Of a stretch of 64,000 bases of DNA, positions 37,700 through 51,753 are shown piece after piece. This DNA is from Azolla caroliniana (taxonomy: Eukaryota > Plantae > Polypodiophyta). The stretch covers positions 13,020,001 through 13,084,000 of the forward strand of contig JBHGNT010000003.1 of assembly GCA_043228905.1 (NCBI GenBank), written 5' to 3'. Under the pieces are notes generated by a model, which did no database searches, was not told the DNA's origin, and saw only the letters and a program-made list of their open reading frames with translations. The stretch's first letter is position 1; each line of letters opens with the position of its first letter. Position numbers and translations under genes: made by a program.

Positions 37700-40600
37700 C
37701 TTTAAAACATTGCACTCTTGCAATGGAAAGTTAGGGAAGTTAGTTCTAAGAGTATTTTCGCATTCCCATGTGGCATCTTTTATTGATTTATCCATCCATT
37801 TTATTTTAAATTCTAGGATTTCTTTAGTACGTAATTTTTTTGTTTTAACATCGAGAATTCTTTCTGGTACATGTGGTTTAGAAGATAATTCTTCAGAAGT
37901 AACCAGAGTTTCAGTTGTAACTGTATTGTTGCCAGAACCTAGAAGTTCTTTTAGACGACTCACATGGAAGACTGGATGAATTCCAACACCATCGGGAAGA
38001 GCAAGACGATAGGCTGATGACCCAATGCGTTTGAGGACTGTAAAAGGTCCACAAAACCGTGGGGCTAACTTAGCGCACTTACCCGTAGACAATGTCTTAG
38101 AATTGTGAGGTACATGTAAAAATACCTTCTATCCAGGGTTGAATACACGAGGTTGCCTATGATGATCAGCATAAAAATGCAATATGCAACATATCTTGCA
38201 TATCCCGAAGAAAGTTTTGCGTACTTCGCAACTCATCATGATGTATATTAACATCAATCGGGGCTCAACATAAAAGGACTATATCCCGTCGACGTATCCT
38301 TGGAGCTGTTATAAGCAAACTCCAAAATTGGGAGATAACGTTCCCATTTTGTTGGTTTTGCACCAACGTATGCTCGAAGCATGTCCTCAATAATTTGATT
38401 TACTCGTTCTGTCTGTCCATCGGATTGAGGATGATCCGTGGAGCTCATGCTCAACGTAGTTTCTAACTTCTTAAAGACTTGCGTCCAGAAGTCACTAGTA
38501 AACTTTGGATCTCAATCACTCACGATATCCATCGGTAACCCATAAAAACGAAACAATTCGTCAACGAATTGGTAAGCTAATTCAGGAGCTGTTACCGTGG
38601 TTTTAGTAGCAATAAATCTGGCCATTTTAGTTAGTCGATCAACGACAACCCAAATGGCATCATGAACTTTTTGGGTGCGAGGAAAGCTAACTAGAAAATC
38701 CATGGATATACTTTCCCACTTATTATTGGGAATGTCCAAGGGATGTAAATGTCCTGCGGCTTTAAGTCGCTCGGCTTTGTTAACCTGACACTAGTGACAT
38801 TTAGTCACATAGCTATGTATGTCAGGATGCATCTTAGGCCAATAAAATTGAGTGGAGATGAGAACGAGTGTACGATGTATTCCAGGGTGCCCTGCTGAGG
38901 GTGCATCATGGCATTAAAAAAGAATCCTCTTTTTGACCTCGGGTAAATCTGGAACACAAACCTTCCCATTACGGTAGAGCAAACCGTTAGCAATGTGGAA
39001 GTATTCCTTCGAGGATGTGGTGGTGTCTGTTCCAGACTCAACTCTTGCCCAGTATTTTGCAAAATAACTGTCATCAGGATACTTTCCTCGAAGGTGATCA
39101 TAAAGATCTGATGTTATTTCAGTGAAGCTAAGCATGTTAACTTCACGGATGCGACTTAGTGCATCAGCAATAGTGTTCATGGAACTTTTACGATATCGTA
39201 TGGAAAAATTGTAAAAAGTAGCGTGCGGAAGCAAGTATGAAGACAGAACAGAAGGAAGGAAACTCAGGTTCAATGGAGAGCTTGGGCTTACACGGTATAC
39301 GCGGGAGAGACAGAGAGAGAAACACAGAAAACTATATTCAACAATAATACTCAGTCTGTACATAAAACGTGCTCAGTGAACACTTTTATACAAGTCCTAG
39401 AAGGACTGACCAAAGTACTGACAGTACTTCAATGCTCATCAAGAGCTCCTACACTAACTCCCAAATATATTCCTCACGGAATATCTTTCCTAATGACCTC
39501 CCGGTTTACGCACTCGGCCTAACCGATCGGTCCCAACCGATCCGGTCCTCGGCTTCTTCAGCCGATCCGGCCGATGTTGAGCTTGTCTCTCAACACTCCC
39601 CCTCAAGCTCAACTTGAGGCTCTTCGGGATCTTCACATCACCGGTTCCTCCTGGCTTCTCGCCTCGCTCGCGCTCCTCGACTTGTTCGACTCCGCGCGCT
39701 TCGACCCTTCCGGTCGGCTTGTTTGCTCATGCGGCCTTTATCAGCTCTTCTGCTGTTGCGGTGTTGACGCTTCTCCTGCTGCCTTTTCTTCCGCTTGGGC
39801 CTCGGTTGATTAAGCGTATCTGAATCAAACATCCGAACCGACTCGGCTACCTCCGATCGGTTTTCGCTCTCGTCCGAGTTGGCTGTCTCCAACTCGTCTT
39901 CGGTCTTCTCGCCCTCGATGGCGTCATCTTCCCCATGCGTGGTTGGCTTCGGCTCTCTCCTTCGATCCCGAGGAAGTAATGAAGGTCCCCCAGATCCTTC
40001 ATGTCGAACGATGCTGCAAGCTGGAGCTTCACGCGGTCGATTTCATCGAGGTCGGCGCCGGTGATGACCAAGTCATCAACATATAGTAAAATACTAACCA
40101 GTCCGAGTCGACCTTTCCGGATGAACAGGGAAGAGTCCGATTTTGACGTGACGAAGCCCATCCGACGCAGATGTTGCGTGATCTTCGCGTTCCAGGCACG
40201 CAGGGCTTGCTTCAGTCCGTAAAGGGACTTCTTCAGTCGGCATACTACCGAGGAGTTCGTTCCAGAGTGAAATCCGGGGGGCTGTACCATGTACACCTGT
40301 TCCTCAAGGTCACCTTGTAGGAACGCATTCTTTACATCCATTTGATGTAGGTGCCACCCCTTGGCCGCAGCTACTGCGAACAAAACACGGACGATCGTCA
40401 TTTTCGCGACCGGCGCAAACGTCTCATCGTAGTCGATGCCGTGTTTCTGCGCGTAGCCCTTTGCCACTAGTCGAGCCTTGTACCGGTTGACTGAGCCATC
40501 GGTGTTGTACTTGACTTTGTACACCCATGTACACCCGATCGGCTTCACACCCTTCGGTGTGTCAACCAGGTCCCAGGTCTCATTCTCCGCCAATGCGTGC

Positions 40601-43600
40601 ATCTCTTCCTCCATCGCGGCACGCCAATTCGCGTTTTTAGCCGCTTCTGCGTAGCTCTCCGGCTCACGCACTTCCGCTACACGGGTCATGTACGCATAAT
40701 GATGCGCCATGTACTCGTTGTATCCGAACCGCAAAACAGGATTCTTCTGGCGGGTAGATCGACGTAATCTCACATTAGCCGATTTCGAGGCCTTCTCAGT
40801 CGACACGGTCTTCACCTTTAAAGACCCGTCACCGGTTCCCTCGGAGTCGGACTCGCTTCGGTCTGACTCGTTCCTTTCCGTGCCGGAATCCGACACCTTC
40901 TTCTTCCCTTTCTCTTTGCGCGTAAGCCGTCTCCTCGGCTTCCTACGTGGGGAATGCATGGCCGAGTCTCCACTACTCACCGGCTCTTCATCGGACTGGT
41001 CGTACCGACTCAGCCGTCCAATCGGTCCACTTAACCGGAGTGAAATCGGACTCTCGTCGCGGGTCTCGATTTCGGGCTCATACGGAGGCATCTCGGCCTC
41101 GCTGACCTCATCGTCAGAGCTCGGATTGGAGTCGGGGTTCGGAGTCGGGGGCTGGTACCAGGACGAGGACTCGTCAAACACAACGTCGCGGCTAACACGC
41201 GCTTGTTTGGTGCGAGGGTTATAGCACTTATAACCCTTCTGCTCATCCGAGTAATCGACCAAGATGCATTTCTCGGCCTTTGCGTCCAACTTCCTCCTTT
41301 TCTCCTTCGGTATATGCACATACGCAATGCTACCGAACACCCTCAAGTGTCGCAAGTTCGGCTTCATTCCGAAATATAGCTCGTGCGCTGACACTTTGTC
41401 TCCGATCCGGTTCTGGATGTATACCGCGGTCCTTACCGCCTCAGCCCAGTAGAACTTGGGCAAGCTCTTCTCCTCCAGCATTGCCCGTGCCGCTTCCACA
41501 ACTGACCGATTCTTTCTCTCGGCCACGCCGTTCTGCTCCGGCGTGTATCTACAACTGAATTCGTGGCGAATTCCCATTTGTTGTAGATAACCGTTGAATT
41601 GACCGGAAAAGTACTCTTTACCGCTATCCGACCGCAAGCACTTGATCTTCCGTCCCGTTTCCATTTCCATGAACCCTTTGAGGTCACGGAAACAGTCAAA
41701 GACTTCGCTCTTCCTCTCAATGAGGTAGATCCACGTGTGCCGCGTGTGGTCATCGATGAAGGAGTTGAAATATCGGCTCCCGCCAAGACTAACGTTTTGT
41801 GTCGGCCCCCATACATCGGAGTGTATAAGGTCGAGCTTATTCCAGCTCCGGTTTCGCTCGTTTGGGAAGGGAAGTCGGTGTTGCTTCCCGAGCTGGCAGG
41901 CTTCACAAATTTGTGCCTTTCGGCCACTAAATTTGGGAAATCCGAATACTACATGTTTCGATTGCAGATATTGAAGCCGTTGGTGGTTGACGTGGCCTAT
42001 CCGATTGTGCCACAAGTCGATGTCCGACTCGGCAGTTTCTCCCTTTGCGAACATTGCGGTGCTGCCGTCAGTGCAGTCGAGGATGAACATCCTCCCGTCT
42101 TTGCGCCCTTGCGCAATCACACGGCCTTCTTCCTCAATGAAGCACCCGAGGTGTGTAAACCGAACCTCCATCCCTTGGTCTACGATCTGTCCGACCGAGA
42201 CCAAGTTCTTCGTGATTTCGGAACGTGCAGCACGTTCATGAGTTTCCCTTTCTGCCCGACATGGCTAAGGGGAACTTCTTCGACATTCGCGATCGGATGC
42301 GGAGCGTCGTCTCCAGTTGCAACTACTCCAGGTTGCATCGGCTTTTCAAGGTACGAGAACCACTCCGTATGGCTCGTCATGTGGTTTGACGCGCCGGAGT
42401 CTACGTACCACACCTCGTCCGATCTTGGGGTCCTCTGTTTCATTGAGTTTGCTTTGTGTCTCGTCACGAAGACAGACCCTTCTCCGGCTCTCCCAGACTC
42501 TTTGGCGTAGTGCGATCGCTGCCGATTTCCCTTGTCGGTATGTCCGGAGCCGTTTTCGGAACCGGTTTTCTCCGAGTCGGCGCGCTTCTTCCAGCACTCA
42601 CTTTCCCTGTGGCCTTTCTTGCCACAGTACCAGCACTCCGCGATGGCCTTTGCTTGCCGGTTCTCATCGCTTCGACTCCCCCTGTTTCCGGAGGGTCCGG
42701 AGTTGCTGTCGGCATCACTTCGGTGCCTTCTTCCTTAATCTCGTCGGCCGCCTCCATTGTGCACCGACTCGCCTCGTCCTCCACGTCCATGGGGCCTATC
42801 TCCCTCTGTGTACAACATTCTGCTGTCGGTGTGCATGCTTATAGATGCACCCGCGTGGTTCTCCTCTACTAGGAGCATCGACTGTAAGTCGAAAAAGGAC
42901 GGCGTATTCTCCCGGGTACACACAGCCGTTCGGAATGCTCCGAACTTCGACGCCAAACCTCCAAGACAGATCTGGACCATCTCGCTCTCCTCGATGTTGA
43001 CCTCTATGGAGGCGAGGGAGTCGCAAATATCCTTGATCTTCGAGGTATAGTCCGCCACCGACAAGTCGCGTTGTTGTAGGTTGCTCAACTCCTGTCGGAG
43101 TTGGAGCTTCCTGGCTGTGGTGCTCACGGCGAAAATCTTCTTCAGATTTTCCCACGCACCCTTCGGCGTCTTTGCATCCCGAACATAGCTCAATAGCTGT
43201 TCGCCCACACACGATGTGAAGCAGTATAGTACCCTGCTCGCCGATTGCTCCCACGACGGGAAGTCTCTGTGTGTCGATTTGGGTGTCGTAACTCCAGTAG
43301 CCGTGCCCGAGCAGGTACTGGTGCATCTTGTAGGACCAAGATGCATAGTTGGTTCTGTCGAGCTTCTCTGTTGGAAGCGAGCTCGCCATGCCTCTATCCA
43401 TCGTTCTTCTTGTTCTTCTTCGTTAAGCTGTGTCGGCTGTAGAGAGGTTCTCAACCCTCGCGCTCTGATACCATGTAAAAAGTAGCGTGCGGAAGCAAGT
43501 ATGAAGACAGAACAGAAGGAAGGAAACTCGGGTTCAATGGAGAGCTTGGGCTTACACGGTATACGCGGGAGAGACAGAGAGAGAAACACAGAAAACTATA

Positions 43601-46600
43601 TTCAACAATAATACTTAGTCTGTACATAAGACGTGCTCAGTGAACACTTTTATACAAGTCCGAGAAGGACTGACCGAAGTACTGACAATACTTCAATGCT
43701 CATCAAGAGCTCCTACACTAACTCCCAAATATATTCCTCACGGAATATCTTTCCTAACGACCTCCCGGTTTACGCACTCGGCCTAACCGATCGGTCCCAA
43801 CCGATCCGGTCCTCGGCTTCTTCAGCCGATCCGGCCGATGTTGAGCTTGTCTCTCAACAAAAATCAAAGTCCTGGATGAGATCAGCCCATCTTGCCTTAC
43901 GACCTTCCAGGTCTTGTTGGTCACAAAAACATTTCAAGGAGTCGTGGTCCGTAGTTACCACAAAGCGATTTCCATAAAGATAATGGCGCCATGTTTTGAG
44001 CGCATGTATAACTGCAAATAATTCCTTTTCTTGAACGGTATACCGACATTGAGCAGAATAAAGTTTCTTACTCTCGAATGCTATTGGTTTACCATCTTGA
44101 TACAAGACAACACCTATAGCATAATCGCTTGCATCGGTTTCAACCTCAAAAGGTTTTGAAGGATCAGGTAAAAGAAGTGAAGGAGCCTTGCAAACCAGGT
44201 CCTTGAGTTCCTTAAAGGCGAGGTCTAGTGTAGCATTCCACACAATAGGTTTTGTAGACTTACGTGTTTGACCTTTTAAAAGATCAGTAAACGGCGTCGT
44301 CAATTGGGAGTAATTACGAAGAGACTTTCGCAAAAACCCGACAAAACCAAGGAATGATCGAACTTCTCGAATATTCCGAAGAGTGGGCCAAAGCTTGATT
44401 TTCTCAATGCGAGAAGGATCAATTTCAACTCTTCGTTCGGTTATGAGATGTCCTAGATAAGTAATTGATTTCTTGAAGAACTCACATTTTGAGATCTTTG
44501 CATAAAACTGTTTGTCACGCAATGTTTGTAAAACAAAGCGGACATGTCTCGCATGTTCTTGTAATGTACGGCTATAAACTAAAATATCATCCAAGAAAAT
44601 AACGACAAATTTTCCAAGTTGTTCTCGGAAAATTTCATTCATTTCTTGTTGAAAAGTAGCCGGAGCATTGGTCAAACCAAAAGGCATAACCAAAAACTCG
44701 TAATGGCCATAGCGCGTACGAAATGTCGTTTTAGGAACATTGTCCTCACTTATTCGTATTTGATGGTAGCCAATACGGAGATCAAGTTTCGTAAAATATC
44801 GAGCTCCCTGGAGACGGTCAATTAGATCGTCAGCCCGGGGCAATGGATACGAATTCTTGATCGTCACTTTATTCAAGCGTCGGTAATTAATACACATACA
44901 CCATGTGCCCTCTTTCTTTTTAACCAAGAGAACTGGTGCACCCCATGGAGATTTACTATAACGTATATAACCCATTCGTAAATAGTCGTTGAGTTGCTTA
45001 GATACCTCATCTTCTTCGGATCGACTTAACCGATACGGAGGTATACTTATTGGTGCAACACCAGGTACAATATCTATACGATGGTCTATATTTCATTTAG
45101 GAGATAACCCATCAGGTAGTTCACTTGGAAAAACATCATGAAAATCATTTAAGATTTCATCAAGTTGTTGTTGTTCAAAATATGTTAATTGAACCGAGAC
45201 ATTATCGATATTATAAACGTGAATTTCTGGATCAAGTACACAATAAAATAGAGTAGAACAAGACAACTCAGATATTGATGGACACGAGGAAACAATCGAG
45301 AGGGATTGTTTTTCTACACATTGAATAAAATGTGTACAATCGTTCAGTACAAAAGAAATGGAATGACGAACCCAATCAATAAATAAAGAAGAGTTTTTAT
45401 TATAAAACCAGGGATAACCCAGTATTACATTAGTGGTACAAAGATTCATTACATGGAAGTCTACTTCCTCTATATAAGTATCAATTGAAATTCCTAATGA
45501 ATGAATCGCCCCGTTGATGTATTGTACTCTTCCATTAGCCAAGTGCACCGTGTAGGTGTGATCACTTACGGTGGGTTGGATTCCCCATATCTAAACCAAA
45601 CGATCATTGACAAAATTGTGTGAGCTTCCCGAATCAAATAAAAATTGTATGGGAGATCCATTGATATACCCGTTTGCACGTAGTAAATCATTGGAACCCA
45701 ATACATAGTGAGGGAAAGAACATTGACAATTACTTAAATGATGTGTATAGACCTGAAGGACATTAGGAATCTGACCTTTATGGTCTGCAGCTTTACCTTT
45801 GTTGTCGTGCTCTTTCCGTTGGATCTTTCGACATTGATCTTTTGTATGACCCTTCTTTTTGCAGAATACGCAAAAAGGATGTTGTCGCTTACAATCGCGA
45901 TCGAGGAATTCGTTGGGTGTCTTGCGTTTCCCAACAAATTGCGACTGCTTAGTCCCGGGCGCTTCGTTGGGTTTGTTGTGGTCCTTCTTCGAAGTGCGTT
46001 GATAGCGAAGAACTATTTCAACGGCCTCTTCGAAGGATTTTGGATCCTTATCGTGCACTATCCAATGATAGTCCGAATTGGGGATGCCATTGACAAAACA
46101 AGCTATCAACCAATTGTCCCCTTCTAGACCCGATTTTTGGATTTGGGTTCTAGCATGGTGAACAAAGTCTTCTAGAGAAGAAAATTTCCTGCTAGAGAGG
46201 TTCATTAAAGCTTGTGCTGCCTTGGTTCGAGAGGGAGGTTACAGAAATTGGCCCTTAAAAACCGTGACAAAATCTGTCCAGGTATCGGGCAATTTCCCCA
46301 TAGTACAGAGCCCACGCCACCAGGCGGCGGCCTTACCCCCGAGTTCTCTGCCGACATATGCAATCTTCGTACTATCTGGCGTGGGATAGAGCTCAAAATG
46401 AGACTCCCATCGTCCCAGCCATGTGCAGATTGCTTCTTCGGTTCTTTCCTTTTTGTCTCCCGTAAATGGCTTAACGACAAATGATGGTTCACCTTGTCAC
46501 TCATCAGGTCTATTAGTCTCACGTTGTAGACTAATGACACGTGCCTCAAGAGCACTCTGAGATTGCCGAAGTTCGGTCATCTGTTGAGCGGTGAAACTAA

Positions 46601-46709
46601 GGTATTGGGTTATTTGTGCCAAATACATCTCAGTGGACATTTGTCCAGGAGGATTCCCTTGAGTTCCTTCCGCTTGAGCGGATGACATCGGGTCGTTAAT
46701 TTGAGCCAT
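37700..46709 (-). pseudogene. pol: gag-pol of Gypsy G, interrupted by Copia I
   Basis: gag CVFCKKKGHTKDQC, protease FLFDSGSSHNF, RT-RNase H ORF 43854-44975 ([15 protein letters not shown]), integrase WESISMDF/HPQSDGQTER, chromodomain PERILD...IKWMDKSIKDATWE. Confidence 0.92.
39210..43859 (-). mobile_element. Ty1/Copia element 'I' (same lineage as C and D), young, lacking RNase H
   Basis: 386-bp LTRs at 39210-39595 and 43474-43859 differ at about 7 positions by eye. PBS 43462-43473, PPT 39596-39606, TSD AAAAT. gag 42464-43401, INT-RT ORF 39847-42204. Confidence 0.96.
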
Positions 46710-47879
46710 TAAAGATTATTTCTGGAAAAGAAATAGGATAAGGTCAGAGAGATAGTCATAACATCATGTCGTGATGTAAACATATCATGGGCAAACATTA
46801 ATCGATATCATGATCTCACGTCAATACCCCTCTAGACGTATGAGATGAGGTTCAAGATCAGGTTACTATGGTAACACAAAGGTGTTTTAAAAACCATGGG
46901 GGTGACAAATAAATGTCTTTCCTTGATCTCTATATCGATTTTTTCATGGTGGCTCCCCGAGGCTCAACCATGTATGTTCGCGTCATGAATAGTTTATACA
47001 CGAAAAAAATGTTAACAATAAACTATGTTTCGGTGCCCACATATGTGGTTTCGGCTCTTTAAGTCCTATTACGAGGACCCCGAGGTGCACTTAGACCTTA
47101 AGTCTAAACATGTGTTATAGTCATATGTATCAAGGATGTTGTATGGTCTTGGTCATATTTGAACTCGAGACCTCGAGAACAAATACATTAAACACTTGAG
47201 CCAACCAAGTAAGTTGCTCTTCTTGAATGCTTAATTTTTGATGCGTATAAGAGATATGCAAGATCATATATGTTTTTTCTAAAAGAACATATATGTCAAG
47301 GGTCCTTATTTCGCCCTCATTTACCAAAACTATGTTGGTACGTTACCTAACCTCAAGTCTCGTAATTACGATGGCATATGCCAAATTGCAACCTAATGAT
47401 CAAGCCAAATGAGCCTTCGTTTCATAGTAGGCCCACGTGGCCCATCACATGGTCACGTCATTACGAATGCCTCTCGTAAGAACGAGCTCATGGTGGCATC
47501 GTATCCATGTAACGAGGGAGGGATGTTGGATATGTGTGTCATTGGAGCGATCTCACTTGAAGTGGGTCAAGCCCTACGTACTCAACATCATTATGCCTAT
47601 AGGCGTTTCTTTACGTAACGAAATCGAGGTCATCAACGGGGTTGTCAACAATAAAAAATTGTGGAAAAAGGGATGGTGACAACGCCATTCTCACAAAAAT
47701 GTGAGGACGGCCACCAACATCCTTTTCCCGACAAGGACAACTTTCGATATAATCACGTAATAACGAATATACACATATGTTTACTTATCACATATATACG
47801 ATCAAATACGTATATACGTGACCACATAGGCCTATATTAACATATCGTTATATTAAATAGCCACAAATGATGTGATCGA

Positions 47880-48140
47880 GATATGTAATCGAGGTATATA
47901 CCTTTGCGCACATGAAACATCCACAAATAAGAGATCATCGTAATACGCAATTGAGGTATTGACCTCTTACGCATACGAGACCAACCGCATATCGTTTACA
48001 ACAAATCAAGGTATTAAACTCATACGCAAACGTAACATATGTTCGTGAACGTAATACGTAATTGAGGTATTAACCTCGTACGCATACGACACTCATCACA
48101 TATTATTAATATGTCAAACGAGGTATTGACCTCGTGCACA
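47880..48140. repeat. Five degenerate ~55-62 bp tandem units in the 5' UTR of G
   Basis: Core GAGGTATT(G/A)ACCTC or variants at 47891, 47953, 48008, 48064 and 48120. Confidence 0.75.
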
Positions 48141-48850
48141 TGTGTAAACGTTTTCGATAATCAATTAAAGACCACTAAAACATCATTGACTTAATGAAAA
48201 AAAATGACATATGAACTAAACACATGATTAGATGGGAGAAGAGAGAATAGAAAAAAAATTCTGGAAAGAGTTACCGAAGTTCTTTGTTGATCGTTGTCTG
48301 GATCAAGGCCGACCGCACATCGATCGATCACCATCAATCAAACGACAAATGAAAAACAAAGAAACATTAGTACATAAATCTGATACTAAATATTAAAGAT
48401 CTACGTACTAAAGTAAGCTTAAGATAAGGATAAAGTAATGATAGATAGAAAGGAGAAAGAGAAAGAAGGGTGCCGATCCACCCGACCACCCCCAAGCGAA
48501 GGGATCGAGACGGACTCGAGCCTCGATCGGCGTCCCATACCACCGCCGTGGCGTCGAGTCGTACCTGGTGCTGTCGCGCTCGCTACAAGAGTTGACCCAC
48601 CACAAGAGCAGAGTCTCGATGTAGTCAAAAGATGATCAAATGAGGGTAGCTAGGCCTCTTATTTATAGCGATACCCAAGGCCCCCAAGCAAGTTCACACT
48701 TGACCTAATGGGTTGTCTCAATCCCGAGGATTAAAAGTAATCCTCCCCTTCTTTACACTCTCATTTAACCCTCACACTTATCCACATGTATAGAATACTA
48801 CGGTAAATTCTCACCACGGGATATTAAATGGTCATGCCCGTAACAAGTAT

Positions 48851-51753
48851 CGCCAGTATGCCGATGTGTTCGATAAAGTACAATCCAATATGGTTCCTCA
48901 CCACTGATTGTATGATTGCCCCATTGATTTACAACTGGGAAAAGAGCCACCATGGGACCGATCTACAATTTGTCACCAACCGAGCTAGAATTCCTTTGAG
49001 CCTATATAGAGGAGAATTTGGCAAACGGTTTCATTCGACATTCAAAATCTCTATCTGGCACACCCATTTTCTTCGTCAAGAAAAAGGATGGATCACTTCG
49101 TCTCGTCCTAGTCTATCGCGGCTTGAATAAGGTCACCATTAGAAATAGGTATGCACTTCCCCTTATCTCAAGTCTTTTAGAACGGATCAATGGTGCAAGG
49201 TTCTTCACAAAGATTGACTTACGAGGAGCATATAACTTCGTACGTATCCAACCAGGAGATGAATGGAAGACTGTGTTCCGCACCAGATATGGGCAGTTCG
49301 AGTATACGGTCATGCCATTCGATCTCACTAATGCACCAACAATCTTCCAGCATATGGCAAATGATATATTCCGAGATGTCTTGGATGTTTGTTTGATCAT
49401 CTATTTGGATGATCTACTGGATTATTCGAAGACCCAAGAAGAGCATGATTCTCATGTACTGTTAGTACTAAAATGGCTTGGAGAACATGGTCTTTATGCA
49501 AAACTAGAAAAATGTAGCTTCGTGTGCAACCAGGTGGAATTTCTAGGCTATGTCATGTCCTCGGAAGGCATCTCTATGGATCCAACTAAGGTCAAAACTG
49601 TGGTAGAGTGGCAGACTCCACGTTCATTGCGAGATGTGCAATGTTTTTTAGGCTTTGCCAATTTCTACCGCAAGTTTATACAGGATTACTCAAAGCTTAT
49701 TCTGCCTCTCACACAGATTACCAAGAAGGGGCAGTCGTTTGTTTGGTCTAAAGAAGCGGACATGGTTTTTGAGAGTCTTCAGAAGGCATTTACATCAGCT
49801 CCTATTCTAACTCATGTTGATCCGGCAAAACCATTCATCATTGAGGCAGACGCATCGGATTTCGCCTTGGGTAGCATTCCTTCACAACAAGGCGATGAAG
49901 AGCTATTAGCAATAGTGGACTCTTTTACGCAATGGAGGCATTTCCTAGAGGGATCTTCTCATCAAGTCACTGTATTCAGTGATCACGAAAATCTTGCCTA
50001 CTTCCAGAATGCTCGTGTATTAAATCAACGCTAAGCTTGGTGGGCCCAATTCCTCACTCATTTTGACTTCATAATTACATATCATCCTGGGAAGCAACAA
50101 GGGAAGGTAGATGCATTATCACGACGCTCATATCGAGCACCACGTCCCGGTGAGCCAGAATTCGATAACCAAAAACAAGTAATCCTGGGACCGACACGAC
50201 TACAAGCAATGCCGGTTTTCGACATGCGATTGGATTCCCACATTATTGATACCCTACGTGAGGACTTGAAGGCAGATGCTTTCGCTCAAGCCATTCTAGC
50301 ACAAATTGATCCTTCTCGGGCATCTTGTTCATAGTCGCAACAACTAGGTACAGATTATCGACAATTCGAATGTCATGATGGATTACTATTCTTTAAGAAG
50401 ATCTTGTATGTTCCTAATGGTTATTGTCTCCTTCGAGTAGTCCAAAAATGTCATGACACATATACAGTTGGGCATTTTGGTAGTACTAAAACGTTAGATT
50501 TAGTACAACGATAACTCTGGTGGCCTCATATGCGACGATTTTTCGAAGATTATTTTTGGACATGTGATACATGCTACAGAGCAAAGATGCCAAGACACCA
50601 TCCATATGGTTTATTGGGACCATTACCAATTCCAAGCAAGCCGTGGCGATCCAGTGCTCTAGATTTCATCACAAATGTTCCAATCTCTAAGGGATTCAAT
50701 GCGATCTTAACAGTAGTAGATCGATATACGAAGATGGTCCATTTCCTGCCATGTATTAAGAAAATCACTAGTGAAGAAACCGCTGAAATTGTCATGCATG
50801 AGGTATGTCAGCATCATGGCCTCCTCGACAATATCATCAATGACCATGGACCCCAGTTCATCTCAAAATTCTGGAAGCACCTCTTCAAAATGCTCAAGGT
50901 CACTTGTAACCTCTCCTTCGGCTACCACCCGCAAATAGAAGGACAAGCAAAACGAACAAATCAAACATTGGAATAGTATCTTCGGTGTTTTCTAAGCTAT
51001 CATCAAGATGACTGGGCGGATCTTCTCCATTTCGCCGAATTTGCGTATAATAACTCTGTCCACTCATCGACTAAGGTCACACCATTTTATGCTTATACGG
51101 GCTATCATCCCCGGTGGTGTGTTTTCGAAACTCTGAACTTAACCACAAATCCTTGTATAGAGGATCGTTTGGTGTGGCTACACAAGATACATGCGAATTT
51201 ATCTACTCATTTACAACAAGCTCAGCAAACATACAAGGATTATGCAGATCTTCATCGGCTTCCATCTAGTTTTAACATTGGAGATCGGGTATGGCTATTA
51301 CAACGACACATCAAGACTACTCGCCCTTGCGATAAATTGGATTATCGGCGATTGGGTCCTTTCCGTATTATCGGAAAAATTAATGATGTTGTTTTTCGTC
51401 TCGATCTACCTCCCCAACTACAAGTACATGTATTTCATAGTTCTCTTCTAGAACCCTATCAAGACAACACTATCGTAGGTCGTATCATACCACCTCCACC
51501 CCTGATCGAACTTGAAGATAGACCTGAGTACGAGATTACTGCCATCCTCGATTCCAAGATTCTTCGCAACAAGCTCTACTATTTGGTCGATTGGCTAGGA
51601 TATAGTCCCAAGGAGCGTACTTGGGAACCAATTGAGAATGTGACCAATGCTCGTGCTCTTCTTGAAGACTTCCATCGTCAATATCCAGAAAAATCGGGTC
51701 CTCAATCCAAAACGACTCGTAACACTCGTCATTTTAAAGAGGGGATAGTGTAA
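48851..51753 (+). pseudogene. pol: RT-RNase H-integrase-chromodomain of element F (decayed)
   Basis: ORFs 49018-50034, 50530-50976 and 51169-51753. The chromodomain EYEITAILDS...YLVDWLGYSPKERTWEP retains all three aromatic-cage residues (group I). Confidence 0.93.

Larger units (their letters stand above)
37266..48845 (-). mobile_element. Ty3/Gypsy chromovirus 'G' (group II chromodomain, Tekay/Reina-like), inserted between protease and RT of F
   Basis: LTRs 37266-37691 and 48391-48845, PPT at 37692-37703, degenerate iMet PBS at ~48378-48388, TSD AATAT/AGTAT. Removal restores LPEKYRQYADVF. Confidence 0.93.

Noticed and set aside
41599-42510. 303-aa plus-strand ORF and similar antisense ORFs over GC-rich pol regions
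   Set aside because: Shadow ORFs opposite Copia integrase/protease, expected from GC-rich codon usage. No independent motifs.
37283-48635. Duplicated short ORFs at ~37283-37510 and ~48408-48635
   Set aside because: Chance ORFs inside the two LTRs of G.
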